A program made the position numbers and the translations under genes. A stretch of 64,000 bases of DNA, from positions 23,462 through 87,461 of IMG/VR virus record IMGVR_UViG_3300025133_009669; one strand, given 5' to 3'. Below the pieces are notes generated by a model. The model had not been told where the DNA came from. It ran no database searches and was given only the letters and a program-made list of their open reading frames with translations. Of this stretch, positions 16,894-27,900 are shown piece by piece. Origin of the DNA: a virus. Every line of letters starts with the position of its first letter. Positions within the stretch are counted from its first letter, which is position 1.

Positions 16894-19596
16894 TTGAGAA
16901 AGTTAATTGCGCTAAATAAATGGCTAAAGACTAATGGCCTGAAGAGAGAATCTCTCTCTATTTCTAGTCTGAATAAGCTATATAAGTATGCTGTCTCAAG
17001 AGCAGAGATAGCAGACCTGAAAGACTGGCTAGATGACGATTATTCGCAACTAAGTTTCGATGAGCTTTTTAAAGGCAAACTTCGTTTGGTGATTCCGTTT
17101 AATACGAAAGAAGATAGGCAGCTCTTGAGCCTTGTCCCTTTTCTAAAGGAGACTGGATGGCTTCCGGCTGGTAGAGGAAGTTCGTTTAACACGAAGAAAG
17201 TTAAGCAGAAAATGCGCAGACCTGATACCGGAGAGGAGTATGAAGAAGAAGTTGAAGTTGCAGACCTGAAGATTTCTAAAGAAGAAAAAAGAGTAATTCC
17301 CGCTGGCCCAAGAAAGGGCGAAGAAATTACAAGAGAAAAGATTTTGTCTATTTCTAAGGTTTTATCTGATCCGAAAAATAATGCACCTGTTGGAATGGCG
17401 GATTGGTGGAAGGGTAAGCAAACAGAGTATACAAGGGACTATAATTGGAAGCAAATTGAGTCCGTCTTTAAAGACGGAGACCTTAAAGCAGAGCATTCGA
17501 TTATTATATCTAGAGATCCGATTGACGTACTTAGGATGAGTGACTATGAAAATATACGCTCCTGCCATAGTGAGCATGGATCTTACTTTAATTGTGCAAT
17601 CTCAGAGTCAAGAGGCAATGGCCTAGTTGCCTATCTGGTTAAGAGTTCTGATTTAGAAGAAGCCTTGAATCCCCCAAGTCACTGGAGTGAAGATGCGGCG
17701 GCGCAAGACGAGCAGCAGAGGGGCATCCAGATAGGAGATCTGGATGGACAAGAAATATTCGCAGATAGAGGAAGGGAGGTCTTAGGCGTAACTCCCAAGT
17801 CTAGGGTTAGGCTGCGAAAATATGTAGATACAGCTAGAGATTATGAGTTTGCCGCTCCAGAAAATAGAACATATGGACCACACCCTCCTGGTTTTATAGA
17901 TTTAGTTAGAAATTGGGCATGGCAGCAGCAGAAGCACCTGTTCGAAAATAACGGAGAAATATCCTTGCCCAATCAAGGTAATTTGCAAATGCACGGAGGA
18001 TCGTATAGAGATACGTATGATGGAGACATATTGAACTCATTCTTCGAAGAGGGATGCGATTATGCAGATTATCGTGGAAATGTAACAACTATATCTTCTA
18101 ACGAAGAAAGCACGTATGAAATGTGGGTTGCTGAAATTGAAGAAATATTGGAAGATGCCGAGGCTACTCTCGAACATGTCTCTTTTTCATCAGAGGTTGA
18201 TGATGATGGAGAAGGGAATCCATACTTATATGCACACGCTTATTTGAGCTATAGCCTTCCTCTTTACGGATGGGAAGAAATATCTATTGAGAATAGGTTT
18301 GCTAAAACAAATAATCCGCTTATAAGAGATATCCCGGTTAGTTACGATTATGATTTTGAAAAATTGTTTGACCATCCGGAAGGTGGGGAAGTTGTTTCAG
18401 TAGAGTTAAATGAGAAAACTAAGTCTATAGATATCTCCATTGAGTTTTCTTGTGATAGCTGTTATAATCCAGATGATGTAGAGGAGTATTTCGAATATAT
18501 AAGAGATAGTATTGATTCGAAGTATTTAGAATATGTTGAGTCAGTTAGAAGGAAACTAGTTGCGGCAGAATATATAGAGGGGCTTGAATTTGATCGAGCA
18601 ATAATCCGACTTGAAGATATGGAGTTTGAGAACTTTGTAATGCTTGATGTAGAAGAGGACGAGTCGGAAATAAAAGTAAATATGAAGCCGAAAGCGACGC
18701 TTTTTAAGTTACAAATTCCATATGCCATTAAGAATAGTCCAGTACCCTTTGAGCCTAAAGACTTTGCAAAAATATTTGATGCAGAAGTTATTTCTACTTG
18801 GGTAAAAAGTTTTCGACTGAATAATGTTTCCAAGATTATTGGAAGCACGCTAGATAAGCTTGCGGCCCAAGAGAATCAGGACAAATTGCAGCTTCGTTTC
18901 GACTTTCTCCCTGAACCTGAAGCCTCTCCTAGTTTGGGGGCGCTTTTGGATGTAGACAGAATTCTTACGGCTAATCTTTTCTTAGCAGATACGGCCGTCT
19001 ATGTAGAGCTTTCATTTTCCCTACAAACTTCTCATACGAATGATGAAATTTTACTTATAGAAAAGTTCATTAAGGTCTTTGACGAAAACTTTCATTTAAT
19101 AGGAAGAGCCTTTGAGGACTATTTGGCACAGAGGCTTGCGAAAGCTGGAGTTGAAGCCAAAGGCATATCAAAGAATTTTTTCTCAGGAGAGCTGGCAAAG
19201 CCAATCATAGAGCGTCTAAAAAAATCTTCTACGAATGACGTTAGAAGATTAGCCACTTGGATTGAGGCAAATTGGAACGTCTTTAGCAACGCAGAGAAGG
19301 ATCTTGCTTATAATAAATATCTTCTTCCGACCGAAAGATATGGAGACTATATACACGATCATAACTTGGATTGGCCAAATTCTTGGAACTCAGAAATGCA
19401 GAAAAGAAAAGATACTGATATAGGATATAGATGGAATGGTCTTTCGATGAAAGATGTTTCTTTGCAATCTAATCAGATTATGCCAGAAGAAGAGAGAGAA
19501 GGGGGTCTTTCGGAAGATTCACATGTAGATACGCTCGAAGAAAATTCCGAAGCAGAACAAGACGCAGAGCAGGAAGGCGCCTCAACTATAGTCTAA
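16894..19596 (+). CDS. Large acidic hypothetical protein (900 aa), possible virion cargo
   Basis: Long ORF, TTG start with GGGAG RBS; N-terminal leader-like motif shared with other ORFs. Confidence 0.7.
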   Translation: MRKLIALNKWLKTNGLKRESLSISSLNKLYKYAVSRAEIADLKDWLDDDYSQLSFDELFKGKLRLVIPFNTKEDRQLLSLVPFLKETGWLPAGRGSSFNTKKVKQKMRRPDTGEEYEEEVEVADLKISKEEKRVIPAGPRKGEEITREKILSISKVLSDPKNNAPVGMADWWKGKQTEYTRDYNWKQIESVFKDGDLKAEHSIIISRDPIDVLRMSDYENIRSCHSEHGSYFNCAISESRGNGLVAYLVKSSDLEEALNPPSHWSEDAAAQDEQQRGIQIGDLDGQEIFADRGREVLGVTPKSRVRLRKYVDTARDYEFAAPENRTYGPHPPGFIDLVRNWAWQQQKHLFENNGEISLPNQGNLQMHGGSYRDTYDGDILNSFFEEGCDYADYRGNVTTISSNEESTYEMWVAEIEEILEDAEATLEHVSFSSEVDDDGEGNPYLYAHAYLSYSLPLYGWEEISIENRFAKTNNPLIRDIPVSYDYDFEKLFDHPEGGEVVSVELNEKTKSIDISIEFSCDSCYNPDDVEEYFEYIRDSIDSKYLEYVESVRRKLVAAEYIEGLEFDRAIIRLEDMEFENFVMLDVEEDESEIKVNMKPKATLFKLQIPYAIKNSPVPFEPKDFAKIFDAEVISTWVKSFRLNNVSKIIGSTLDKLAAQENQDKLQLRFDFLPEPEASPSLGALLDVDRILTANLFLADTAVYVELSFSLQTSHTNDEILLIEKFIKVFDENFHLIGRAFEDYLAQRLAKAGVEAKGISKNFFSGELAKPIIERLKKSSTNDVRRLATWIEANWNVFSNAEKDLAYNKYLLPTERYGDYIHDHNLDWPNSWNSEMQKRKDTDIGYRWNGLSMKDVSLQSNQIMPEEEREGGLSEDSHVDTLEENSEAEQDAEQEGASTIV

Positions 19597-19601
19597 TATA
19601 G

Positions 19602-19958
19602 ATGATTACAAAAATCCTAACCGACCGTGTAAATTTCTCAAATGACGTAAAAGAAGTACGACAGCAATGGTTGTGCGATCTCTTCTTATATATAGGCCTA
19701 GATGGATATGAGATGCTTAAAATGCCGAGAGATCAGGCAATTGATTATATGTTGGAGAATAACGTCGAGCTTATAGAGTATAAAGGAATAGAGGCCTTGG
19801 AGGTTAGATATGAAGGAGAGACGATAGGGGAGTGGGCAGGGCCCGAATACAGAATAAAAGAAGATCCAAGTGATCAATCTCTTTATTTTGAGGCAACAAT
19901 AGAGCATTGGTCAATTAAAGAAGATGATATGGACATTAGTTCAGCGGAGATACCTTGA
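19602..19958 (+). CDS. Hypothetical protein
   Basis: 118-aa co-oriented ORF overlapping phoH. Confidence 0.65.
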   Translation: MITKILTDRVNFSNDVKEVRQQWLCDLFLYIGLDGYEMLKMPRDQAIDYMLENNVELIEYKGIEALEVRYEGETIGEWAGPEYRIKEDPSDQSLYFEATIEHWSIKEDDMDISSAEIP

Positions 19959-21244
19959 AGCACAATAAGAAAAATTTCATATTAGATACGTCAGTTTTAG
20001 TTTATCATGAAGATTCGATTCATGGATTTCCCAATCAAAATGTGATTATTCCCATGGAAGTCTTGGAGGAGATAGACAATCTAAAGTCAAGACATGATGC
20101 CGTTGGAAACGCAGCTCGTTATATAAATAGATTTTTGGATGGCCTTAGAGGGCTTGGCTCACTAAAGGACGGGGTGACGCTAGAAAATGGAGAGACTATT
20201 TTCGTACATGTTGAGTCTGAATATACAAAGCTCCCATCCTCAATGTCCGAATCTAATGATAATAAGATTATAGCAGTCGCGCTAAGTTTGTCTAAGAAGC
20301 TTGAGGATGTTACTCTTATCTCTAGAGATATCAACGTAAGGGTGAAGTGCGATTCCCTTGGGATTTCCTCTGAAAATTACGAAAAGGAAAAGGCAGTCGT
20401 AAACAGAAAAGGTGCATATACTGGCGTAGCGGTAAAGCATTTTAGCCCAGAGGAGATTCAAGGCTTTTATGACAAAAAAGAGCTTGAGTATGTGGAAGAA
20501 GACTTATATCCTAATGAATTTGTAGTATTGAAAGGAGGGGCTCAAAGCGCACTTGGTCTACATAAAGACGGCCTAATTAAGCCCCTAGCGCATTCGAAAG
20601 GTACTCCATCTGTAAACGGTATTCGCCCAAGAAACAAAGAGCAGACTTTTGCACTAGAATCTTTGCTTAACCCTAACATACATATGGTCACTCTAACAGG
20701 AATTAGTGGCTCTGGAAAGACTATCCTCTCTTCTGCTGCAGCAGCCCATATGCTTACAAGTGGGATTTATGATAAAATCATAATCTCACGACCAGTTCAA
20801 TCTCTTAGTTCTGAGATGGGGTTTCTGCCAGGAGACAAAGAGGAGAAGCTGGCTCCATGGATTCAGCCTATTATTGATAATTTCAAAATTATTTTTAAAA
20901 ATGGACAAGTATATTTCGATATGCTGCTAGAGACAGGCCAGCTAGAGATAGAGGCTCTCGCTTATATTCGAGGAAGAAGTCTTCCGAACACTATTTTTAT
21001 TCTTGATGAGTCTCAAAATATAAGCTATGCTGAAGCCAAGGCAGTGATTACAAGGATGGGCGAAAATTCAAAACTAATCATGCTAGGAGATGTTGAGCAG
21101 ATAGACGCGCCGCATTTGGACGCGGCAACCTGCGGCCTAGGAGCTGTTGTCGAGAAGTTTAAAGACTTTCATCTATCTTCTCATATAACCTTGCTCAAGG
21201 GAGAACGAAGCCCGCTAGCTGCGCATGCTGCAAAAATCCTCTAA
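19955..21244 (+). CDS. phoH: PIN-PhoH (PhoH2/YlaK-type) protein
   Basis: PIN ILDTSVL...EEID...NDNKI...SRDINVR; PhoH GISGSGKT, GFLPGDKEEK, RGRSL, DESQN, GDVEQID. Confidence 0.92.
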   Translation: MKHNKKNFILDTSVLVYHEDSIHGFPNQNVIIPMEVLEEIDNLKSRHDAVGNAARYINRFLDGLRGLGSLKDGVTLENGETIFVHVESEYTKLPSSMSESNDNKIIAVALSLSKKLEDVTLISRDINVRVKCDSLGISSENYEKEKAVVNRKGAYTGVAVKHFSPEEIQGFYDKKELEYVEEDLYPNEFVVLKGGAQSALGLHKDGLIKPLAHSKGTPSVNGIRPRNKEQTFALESLLNPNIHMVTLTGISGSGKTILSSAAAAHMLTSGIYDKIIISRPVQSLSSEMGFLPGDKEEKLAPWIQPIIDNFKIIFKNGQVYFDMLLETGQLEIEALAYIRGRSLPNTIFILDESQNISYAEAKAVITRMGENSKLIMLGDVEQIDAPHLDAATCGLGAVVEKFKDFHLSSHITLLKGERSPLAAHAAKIL

Positions 21245-21424
21245 TCTTATGAAGGTCTATGACTTCATTTATGATAAGCTGAATAAGAAGAGAAAAAGAA
21301 AGAAAAAAAGACCACGCGTTCAGATTCCTCTTCCCAAATATAAGACTCCTAAGGAAGAGCTTAAAAAAGAAGAGAAGAAAAGTGATCGTGGAGTTATTAT
21401 TATTGACCTATAAAGCGTGGAGGA

Positions 21425-22174
21425 ATGATGATTAAGCCATTGGTTTTACTTGCGAATAGTTTGGACAAAAGAGGTCTTTATAAAGAGGCAGACAGCATAG
21501 ATAGAGTTTTGTCTGATTTGAAAGGTCGACATTTGCGCTCTCACGTTGTTTCTTCGGGAGAGGTTCTAGGGGCAATAGCTGAAAAGTATAAGGTAACTGT
21601 AGAGGGAATTATTCAAGCAAATGATCTAGAGTCGGCTGACAAAATTGGCATTGGCCAAAAATTAATAATTCCTGATCAAGTTGGATTTTCAGAAGAAAAG
21701 CCTTCGCTTCAAGGCGCAGAATATGAAGTTTCTGATGACGAAATAGTCGCCGCAACTCTAATGGGAGAAGGGGGATCTATGTACAGCATAGATCTTATGA
21801 AGAGGGTTTATACTGTAATTGTCAACAGAAGTAATTACAGCGGAAAGTCTCATAGAGAGGTCGTTTTGAGTCCGAGACAATTTTCGTATTGGAACAAAGG
21901 TGTAGACTCAGAGCGCGTTGCAAAAGAGGTGAATAAGTGGAAGCTTGGAACCTTGCCAGCAACACAGGCTCGATGGGAAAAAGCTCTCGAAATAGTACGG
22001 GGAAACTTAATCGCTCCCGAGGTAGGAAGGTCTGCTTATTATCTGAACAAAGACCTAGCAGGAAGTGGCTTTATAGGGCCTAACTGGAAGCTTATTTACA
22101 AAGGAGATGCTGGCGATCCGCATTCCTATGGACTAAATGGACCTCCATGGGATAATCATAAAAAATCTGTTTAG
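21425..22174 (+). CDS. LysM + SleB/Hydrolase_2-like cell wall hydrolase
   Basis: LysM HVVSSGEVLGAIAEKY...IGQKLIIP; TLMGEG...VIVNR...QFSYWN. Confidence 0.8.
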   Translation: MMIKPLVLLANSLDKRGLYKEADSIDRVLSDLKGRHLRSHVVSSGEVLGAIAEKYKVTVEGIIQANDLESADKIGIGQKLIIPDQVGFSEEKPSLQGAEYEVSDDEIVAATLMGEGGSMYSIDLMKRVYTVIVNRSNYSGKSHREVVLSPRQFSYWNKGVDSERVAKEVNKWKLGTLPATQARWEKALEIVRGNLIAPEVGRSAYYLNKDLAGSGFIGPNWKLIYKGDAGDPHSYGLNGPPWDNHKKSV

Positions 22175-22176
22175 TT

Positions 22177-22719
22177 ATGAATAAGAAGTTACAGATTATT
22201 AATTGCAAAAGTACTTGCAAAATGTCAAGACAAATACAGGATAGCAATCACTGTAATAAAAAAGCGTCCATTGTAGACGGAGGAGTCTTTTTTGGCTGCA
22301 AAGAGAGCTTGAAGAAAGAGCCTAAAGAGGTAAGGCAGTTTTTTGCCTGTGATTTATGGAATATGGGCCTTACTGAGAGTTGCGATTCTTGTGAGTTAGA
22401 GTGTATAAACAACAAAAATGAAAAAATGAAAGCTGTCTTGGCTGAAAAGAAAAAATTAGATTTAGTAATTGATAAACTTAAGCCGAATATGATGCTCTAT
22501 GGAGTGTCTGCAAAGCAAGTAGAGGATATAAGCTCCAAATATACAAAGAAGGGAGCTAGCGGAAAGAAGGACAGAATGGGTTCTGAGGCAATTAGGGCTG
22601 CAGGATTTGCTAACGAGGCTTTAAAGATGATTCTTAATGGAAGGCCAATTGATGCTGCATTCTTTTCTTTATATGCAAAGAAAACTTCTGGTAGGCTAAA
22701 AAAGCTGAAGAAGAAATAG
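22177..22719 (+). CDS. Cys-rich hypothetical protein
   Basis: 180-aa ORF with several Cys clusters. Confidence 0.6.
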   Translation: MNKKLQIINCKSTCKMSRQIQDSNHCNKKASIVDGGVFFGCKESLKKEPKEVRQFFACDLWNMGLTESCDSCELECINNKNEKMKAVLAEKKKLDLVIDKLKPNMMLYGVSAKQVEDISSKYTKKGASGKKDRMGSEAIRAAGFANEALKMILNGRPIDAAFFSLYAKKTSGRLKKLKKK

Positions 22720-23544
22720 TTAGTTTTCTAAGAACAGCTTGATATCGTTAGCAGATGCGGCAAAGCCTCCGTATTGTGGCAGTGCTCCAAATAAAATTCC
22801 GATAACTTCACCATCTAAGGTGAAGATAGGACTTCCGCTGTGTCCGGGAAGAATCTCTTCTGAGATCATAATGAATTTATTTCCAGATGTTGAGAGCGAA
22901 GATAGACTTATTCTGTCTCTGTCGAGAAAAGACGATATATAGGTATCTAGTATAATGGGGAAGTCTCCTGCTGGAGCGCCAATTACATAAACTTTTTCAA
23001 ATAATTGTGGAAAATAAAGATCGTCTATCAGCTTTACAGGCTTGATGAATCCTCTTGCCTGGATGAGGCACAGATCTAATGCGGGGCTAGTTTTCATGAC
23101 TCTTAAATCGCTGTTCCCTTCAGACCAATCGATAAGTTTTTGGCTATAATCCTCAATATGAAGCGTAGAATCTGCAGTTATTTCGTTGCAAAAGTGATCA
23201 TTGGTCAAAACAAGAGACGAATCAGTAGTTACATCATAAGCTATAGAGAAGCCTGTGGCAGAAGTCGAAAAAGCTGACTCATCAAATTCTTCTTTTCCAA
23301 TATGTGTAACTTTTACTACAGAGAGGAGCATCGCTTTCATTCTTACGATTGCTGGCTCAGAGTGAGCTGGTTTTTCTTTAACTCTTATCTTAGTGATATT
23401 GAAAGTCAAAAGAAATATATTAACTGCTAAAAATAATAGAAATGAGAAAATAAATGTAGTTTTTAATATTTTTTTCATATTGCACCCAATACATCCGGTA
23501 ATATTACTATGAATAAAGCACCCAAAGAAATGGGAGATAGACAA
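22720..23544 (-). CDS. Membrane-anchored trypsin-like (S1) serine protease
   Basis: TM segment; LTNDHFC, DLCLI, PGHSGSP catalytic triad motifs. Confidence 0.85.
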   Translation of the reverse strand: MSISHFFGCFIHSNITGCIGCNMKKILKTTFIFSFLLFLAVNIFLLTFNITKIRVKEKPAHSEPAIVRMKAMLLSVVKVTHIGKEEFDESAFSTSATGFSIAYDVTTDSSLVLTNDHFCNEITADSTLHIEDYSQKLIDWSEGNSDLRVMKTSPALDLCLIQARGFIKPVKLIDDLYFPQLFEKVYVIGAPAGDFPIILDTYISSFLDRDRISLSSLSTSGNKFIMISEEILPGHSGSPIFTLDGEVIGILFGALPQYGGFAASANDIKLFLEN

Positions 23545-23558
23545 TAGTAGGAGTAAAT

Positions 23559-23699
23559 ATGGGCTGTGGATGCGGAAAGAAGATTTCTAGAAGCAGAAAG
23601 TCTTCTGTGAAAAAAAAATCAAATAATAAAAAGAAAACAGTAATCAGAAAGAAAAAAGTTAATAAACTAATTTCAATTCCCGGAACTATAAAGAAGTAG
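23559..23699 (+). CDS. 46-aa Lys-rich microprotein (MGCGCGKK...), not in the ORF track
   Basis: AGGAG RBS; own translation MGCGCGKKISRSRKSSVKKKSNNKKKTVIRKKKVNKLISIPGTIKK*. Confidence 0.65.
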   Translation: MGCGCGKKISRSRKSSVKKKSNNKKKTVIRKKKVNKLISIPGTIKK

Positions 23700-23704
23700 C
23701 AGCC

Positions 23705-23929
23705 TTAGCAGCCTTCGGCCCCTGTGTGCGGAGCAGAAACATAGGCCGCAAATAGATTCTCTTCAGATATGGAACTAATATTAGATGAGTAGTGAATGGT
23801 CTTTTGATCTTTTATTAACTCTTCTATAGTATTGTTTATCTTCTTTATAAGTTCCTCCTTGTCTTCTTGCGTTATCTCAATAACGCAGTCTAATTGAATT
23901 TCTACAAAATACTTATTGCCTGTTTCCAT
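23705..23929 (-). CDS. Hypothetical protein
   Basis: 74 aa, GGAG RBS. Confidence 0.55.
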   Translation of the reverse strand: METGNKYFVEIQLDCVIEITQEDKEELIKKINNTIEELIKDQKTIHYSSNISSISEENLFAAYVSAPHTGAEGC

Positions 23930-24044
23930 AATGGCTCCACTAGGTTGTTCTTAAGGTAGCTGAAATATTCATAGAGAAAAAGGTGACAGGGCAAACGCGA
24001 GGCCTACCTTGTGCAGGAACCCGCAGAGAATCAGGAGAAGAAGA

Positions 24045-24560
24045 ATGGCGAACAGAAACGTAAAGATACAACTACTAGAAGACGGAGCAGAAGTTCCTTC
24101 GAGAGCGCACTCTACAGACACAGGTTATGACCTGAAGTTTACGGGGATTCATAAGATAGTTGGTGATGTTATCTTTTTTAAAACAGGAATTTCCCTACAG
24201 CCTCCAGGGGGCTACTACTTTGAGGTTGTGCCTCGTAGCAGTATAGCGAAGTTGCCGTTAGCTATGGCTAACTCAGTAGGAATTATTGATGAAACTTATA
24301 CTGGAGAAGTTATTGTGCCGGCTAGAGTAATGCACAAGCATCCCGATATAGATATGGCATTCTCTCGATTTCCAAATGGAATTGTTAAGATCTTTGGAAT
24401 TAGGCCCCAAACTATGGACTCTTTGGCGGGGCTTATTCTCAAGAATAAGCCGAAGCTTTTCCAAGCCATTTTAAGAAAGCGGAATAATTGCAAGTTTATC
24501 GTAGAAGAACTCGAAGAGACAGAACGATCAGATGGAGGCTTTGGCAGCACAGACTCTTAA
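24045..24560 (+). CDS. dut: Trimeric dUTPase
   Basis: TGYDL, PRSS, NSVGIIDETYTGE, ERSDGGFGST. Confidence 0.92.
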   Translation: MANRNVKIQLLEDGAEVPSRAHSTDTGYDLKFTGIHKIVGDVIFFKTGISLQPPGGYYFEVVPRSSIAKLPLAMANSVGIIDETYTGEVIVPARVMHKHPDIDMAFSRFPNGIVKIFGIRPQTMDSLAGLILKNKPKLFQAILRKRNNCKFIVEELEETERSDGGFGSTDS

Positions 24561-24842
24561 GTAGCTAATAAAGTCCATCTATATAGACGCAGCGCCCGAA
24601 TAGGGCAGGGAGGATTAAGATGGACCCTACTTTTGGTGACATAATAGCTTTCTACAGCTATTCAAAGGATAACGAATCTAAATTGTTTATTGAATATATA
24701 TTGGCAAAATATTTTAATGACAAGTCTTTTTTCATGAAAATAAGAGAGGCTCTTCCGTACTTGGAAGAAAATGATAAAGAAATGCTTTTCTCCATCGCAG
24801 ATAAGGTAGAGCTTTAGCCTCTCGAAAAAGAGCAAGCGGACC

Positions 24843-24886
24843 AACAGAAGAGGATCTGAGTTTTTATTGACAGATCCTCTTCTGTT
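24843..24886. repeat. Perfect 16-bp inverted repeat upstream of topA, overlapping a TTGACA
   Basis: aacagaagaggatctg-N12-cagatcctcttctgtt; TTGACA at 24867-24872. Confidence 0.85.
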
Positions 24887-24915
24887 CGTACGTTGTTCTT
24901 AACGAAGGAGCGCGT

Positions 24916-27900
24916 ATGCCGTTAGTTTTGATCGAGTCCCCCAATAAAATTTCAAAGTTGAGGACAATTCTTGGGCCCAATTACACTGTGATGGCTTCTG
25001 TAGGCCATATCATGGATCTTTCGAAAAAGAACATGGGAGTTGACCTCGATACCTTTGAGGCGATTTACAAGGTAAATCTTGATAAGAAAGATATTGCAAA
25101 GAATATTAAGGCTGAAGCGAAAAAGCATGAGGTCATTTACATTGCTACTGACCCCGATAGAGAGGGTGAGGCTATTGCGTTTCACATAGCCTCCCTTCTG
25201 CCGAAAAGGGGCGTTAAGATTCATCGTGTTAGGTTCAACGCGATTACCAAAGAGGCCGTCAAAAAGGCCATGAAGAATCCTGAGAAGCTAGATCAGAACC
25301 TGTATGATGCTCAGCAAGCTAGACGAATCACGGACAGGCTGGTGGGCTTCAGGGTCAGCCCTGTCATGTGGAATAAGGGGTTGCGCGGAACGAGTGCCGG
25401 CAGAGTTCAGTCTGTTGCCTTAAAATTTGTTGCAGACAGGGAAAAGGAGATAAAGGCTTTCGTTCCAAAAGAATATTGGACAATAAACGCGGAAACTTCC
25501 TCAGGCTTTAGTGCAGATTTCTATGGAATAGATGGAAAGAACTTTGTTCCATCAAATAAGGTCGAGTCCGATGACGTTACAGATGAGATGAAGTCCAAGA
25601 AGACAGACCTTGTTGTAACAGAGTATGTCGCAAAGCAGAGAACCCGAAAGCCTTACCCCCCGTTCATAACATCTACTATGCAGCAGTCTGCAAGCAACAG
25701 CTTAGGCTGGGGGGCGAAGAAGACTATGAGCGTGGCTCAAAGCCTTTTTGGATACGGCCTGATTACTTACCATCGCTGCTTCCCTGGGCACGTCAGAATC
25801 TCAACCAGTGCCGGCATGGTTCCGATTAAAGATATAAAACTGGGAGAGATGGTCGACACGTTACGCGGGCCAAGGCCAGTAACGGATATTGTTAAAAATA
25901 AAAATAGAGAAATTTACTCGCTACAGACGAAGCATGGATATATGCTGGAGGGGAGTCACAACGAGCCGCTATTAGTAATGGGCGAAGACTTGTCAACATC
26001 GTGGGTAAAAATGGAAGACTTGAAGCCGGGAGATCACGTAGCTTTGGCTAAGAATTTCTCATGGAGTGACGAGCAGCTGTTTGATTATGAGTGCCCATTT
26101 GAACGAGAGAGGAGTCAGGTTAACACTCTTACTTGTGCTATCTGCGGCCGGGATGATCTAAAAAGCTTATCGCCACATTTAAAGCGTCATCATAAGCTAT
26201 CTGGCCCCGAATACTTGAAGCAATATGATAAAAAGCTTTTGGATGTAAGCCTAGTTAATAATTTTAAAATACCGAAAATTATGACAAATGAACTTGCCAG
26301 AGTTCTTGGGTATTTGTCATCAGAAGGTACATTTTCCAAGAATGGAAAAAATATTATTTTTTATAATTCCAATAAAAGCCTGCTTGATGACTTTGCAAAT
26401 TGCTTTAATAGTCTGTTTGGAACAAGTTATAAACCTTTTTATGCCTCAAATAAGTTCGAAGCTAATTCTCAAAGAATTTGGAACTTTTTAAACTGGCTGG
26501 GGCTGGAGCCAGTGGACGCAAAGAAGAAGCGTGTTCCCCAGATCATGAATACGGCTCCAAAGTCTTGTGCTATTCAGTTTTTGAAGAGCTATTGGGAGGG
26601 CGATGGCTCTTACGATAAGTTCATTACAGACTCACTTTTGATGGCTAGAGACTTAAAATTGTTACTTCTCAGAATTGGAATCCCAACCGGATTACATATT
26701 AGCTGTGACACAAACGGCTTTAGTGCTGGAAATCCGCAGTATTTGATTCAACTTACTGGATATGTTCGTCGTAACTTTTTTGCTCAAATTCAAATGCCAC
26801 ATTCGGAGGCGAAACGAGATCAGGCTGAGAAAATGCTGCTCGGGACTACGGATGGCAAATACGAATATCATTGGAGTGACAGGATTCCACATACGAAAGG
26901 ATTAATTGAGTCTATTTATAGTGAAAATTTTAAAAGCGGATGGAGTGGAAGCGATCTCGATAAATATAGGGTGAAAATAGGGATAGACTCCAGGTGGAAT
27001 AGAAAATATGGAAGCCTACACCGTAATCAAGTTAACGATTCAAGCTGGGGCTATATAAACTTCGGAAAGGAGAAAGAACATAACAAACCATCGGGGCTAA
27101 CTCCTATTCAGTTCATTAAACTTATAGACGAGAATCTCGGAGATGTAATCTCTAAAACATTAGAAGATGATATTATTTGGGACAAAATAACAAAAGTAAA
27201 AACCTCACATTACGAAGATACATGGGATCTGACGGTCGAAGGCCAACATCATTATGTGGCGGAAGGATTTTATGCACATAACACAGACAGCACGAGGAGT
27301 GATCCTCAGAAGATCACAGATCTGAGGGCCAAGATTACGAAAGATCATGGAAAGAAATATCTTTCGCCATCTGTTATTAAGTATGGGGCAAAATCTGGAG
27401 CACAAGACGCGCACGAAGCTATTCGACCTACTTATGACAAGGCTGTCTCGGCCCTCTCCACAGATGAGAAGAAACTGCTTAGGCTAATCGACAATAGATT
27501 TACTGCATCTCAAATGGCTAATGCAAAATTTGACCAAGTAGCTTTAAAGATGGAATTCAAAGGAAAGGGTCGAGCTTTTAACTTCAAGAAAAATGGTAGC
27601 GCGCTCAAGTTTGATGGATTTTTAAAAGTATATGGAGAGATCAAAGACGACGTAATTCTTCCATCTCTTGCGGTTGGAGACAAAGTGCCGTGGGATAAGG
27701 TTGTATCCGGCCAGCATTTTACCAAGCCGCCGCCGCGCTTTTCTGATGCATCTATCATCAAACTCCTAGAAAAGGAGGGAGTTGGAAGGCCTAGTACTTA
27801 CGCCTCTATTTTAGATACCATTCTTAATAGAAAATATGTCACGAGAAATAAGAAGGCCCTATGTGCAACAGAAACAGGAATCATGGTGTCAGATTATTTG

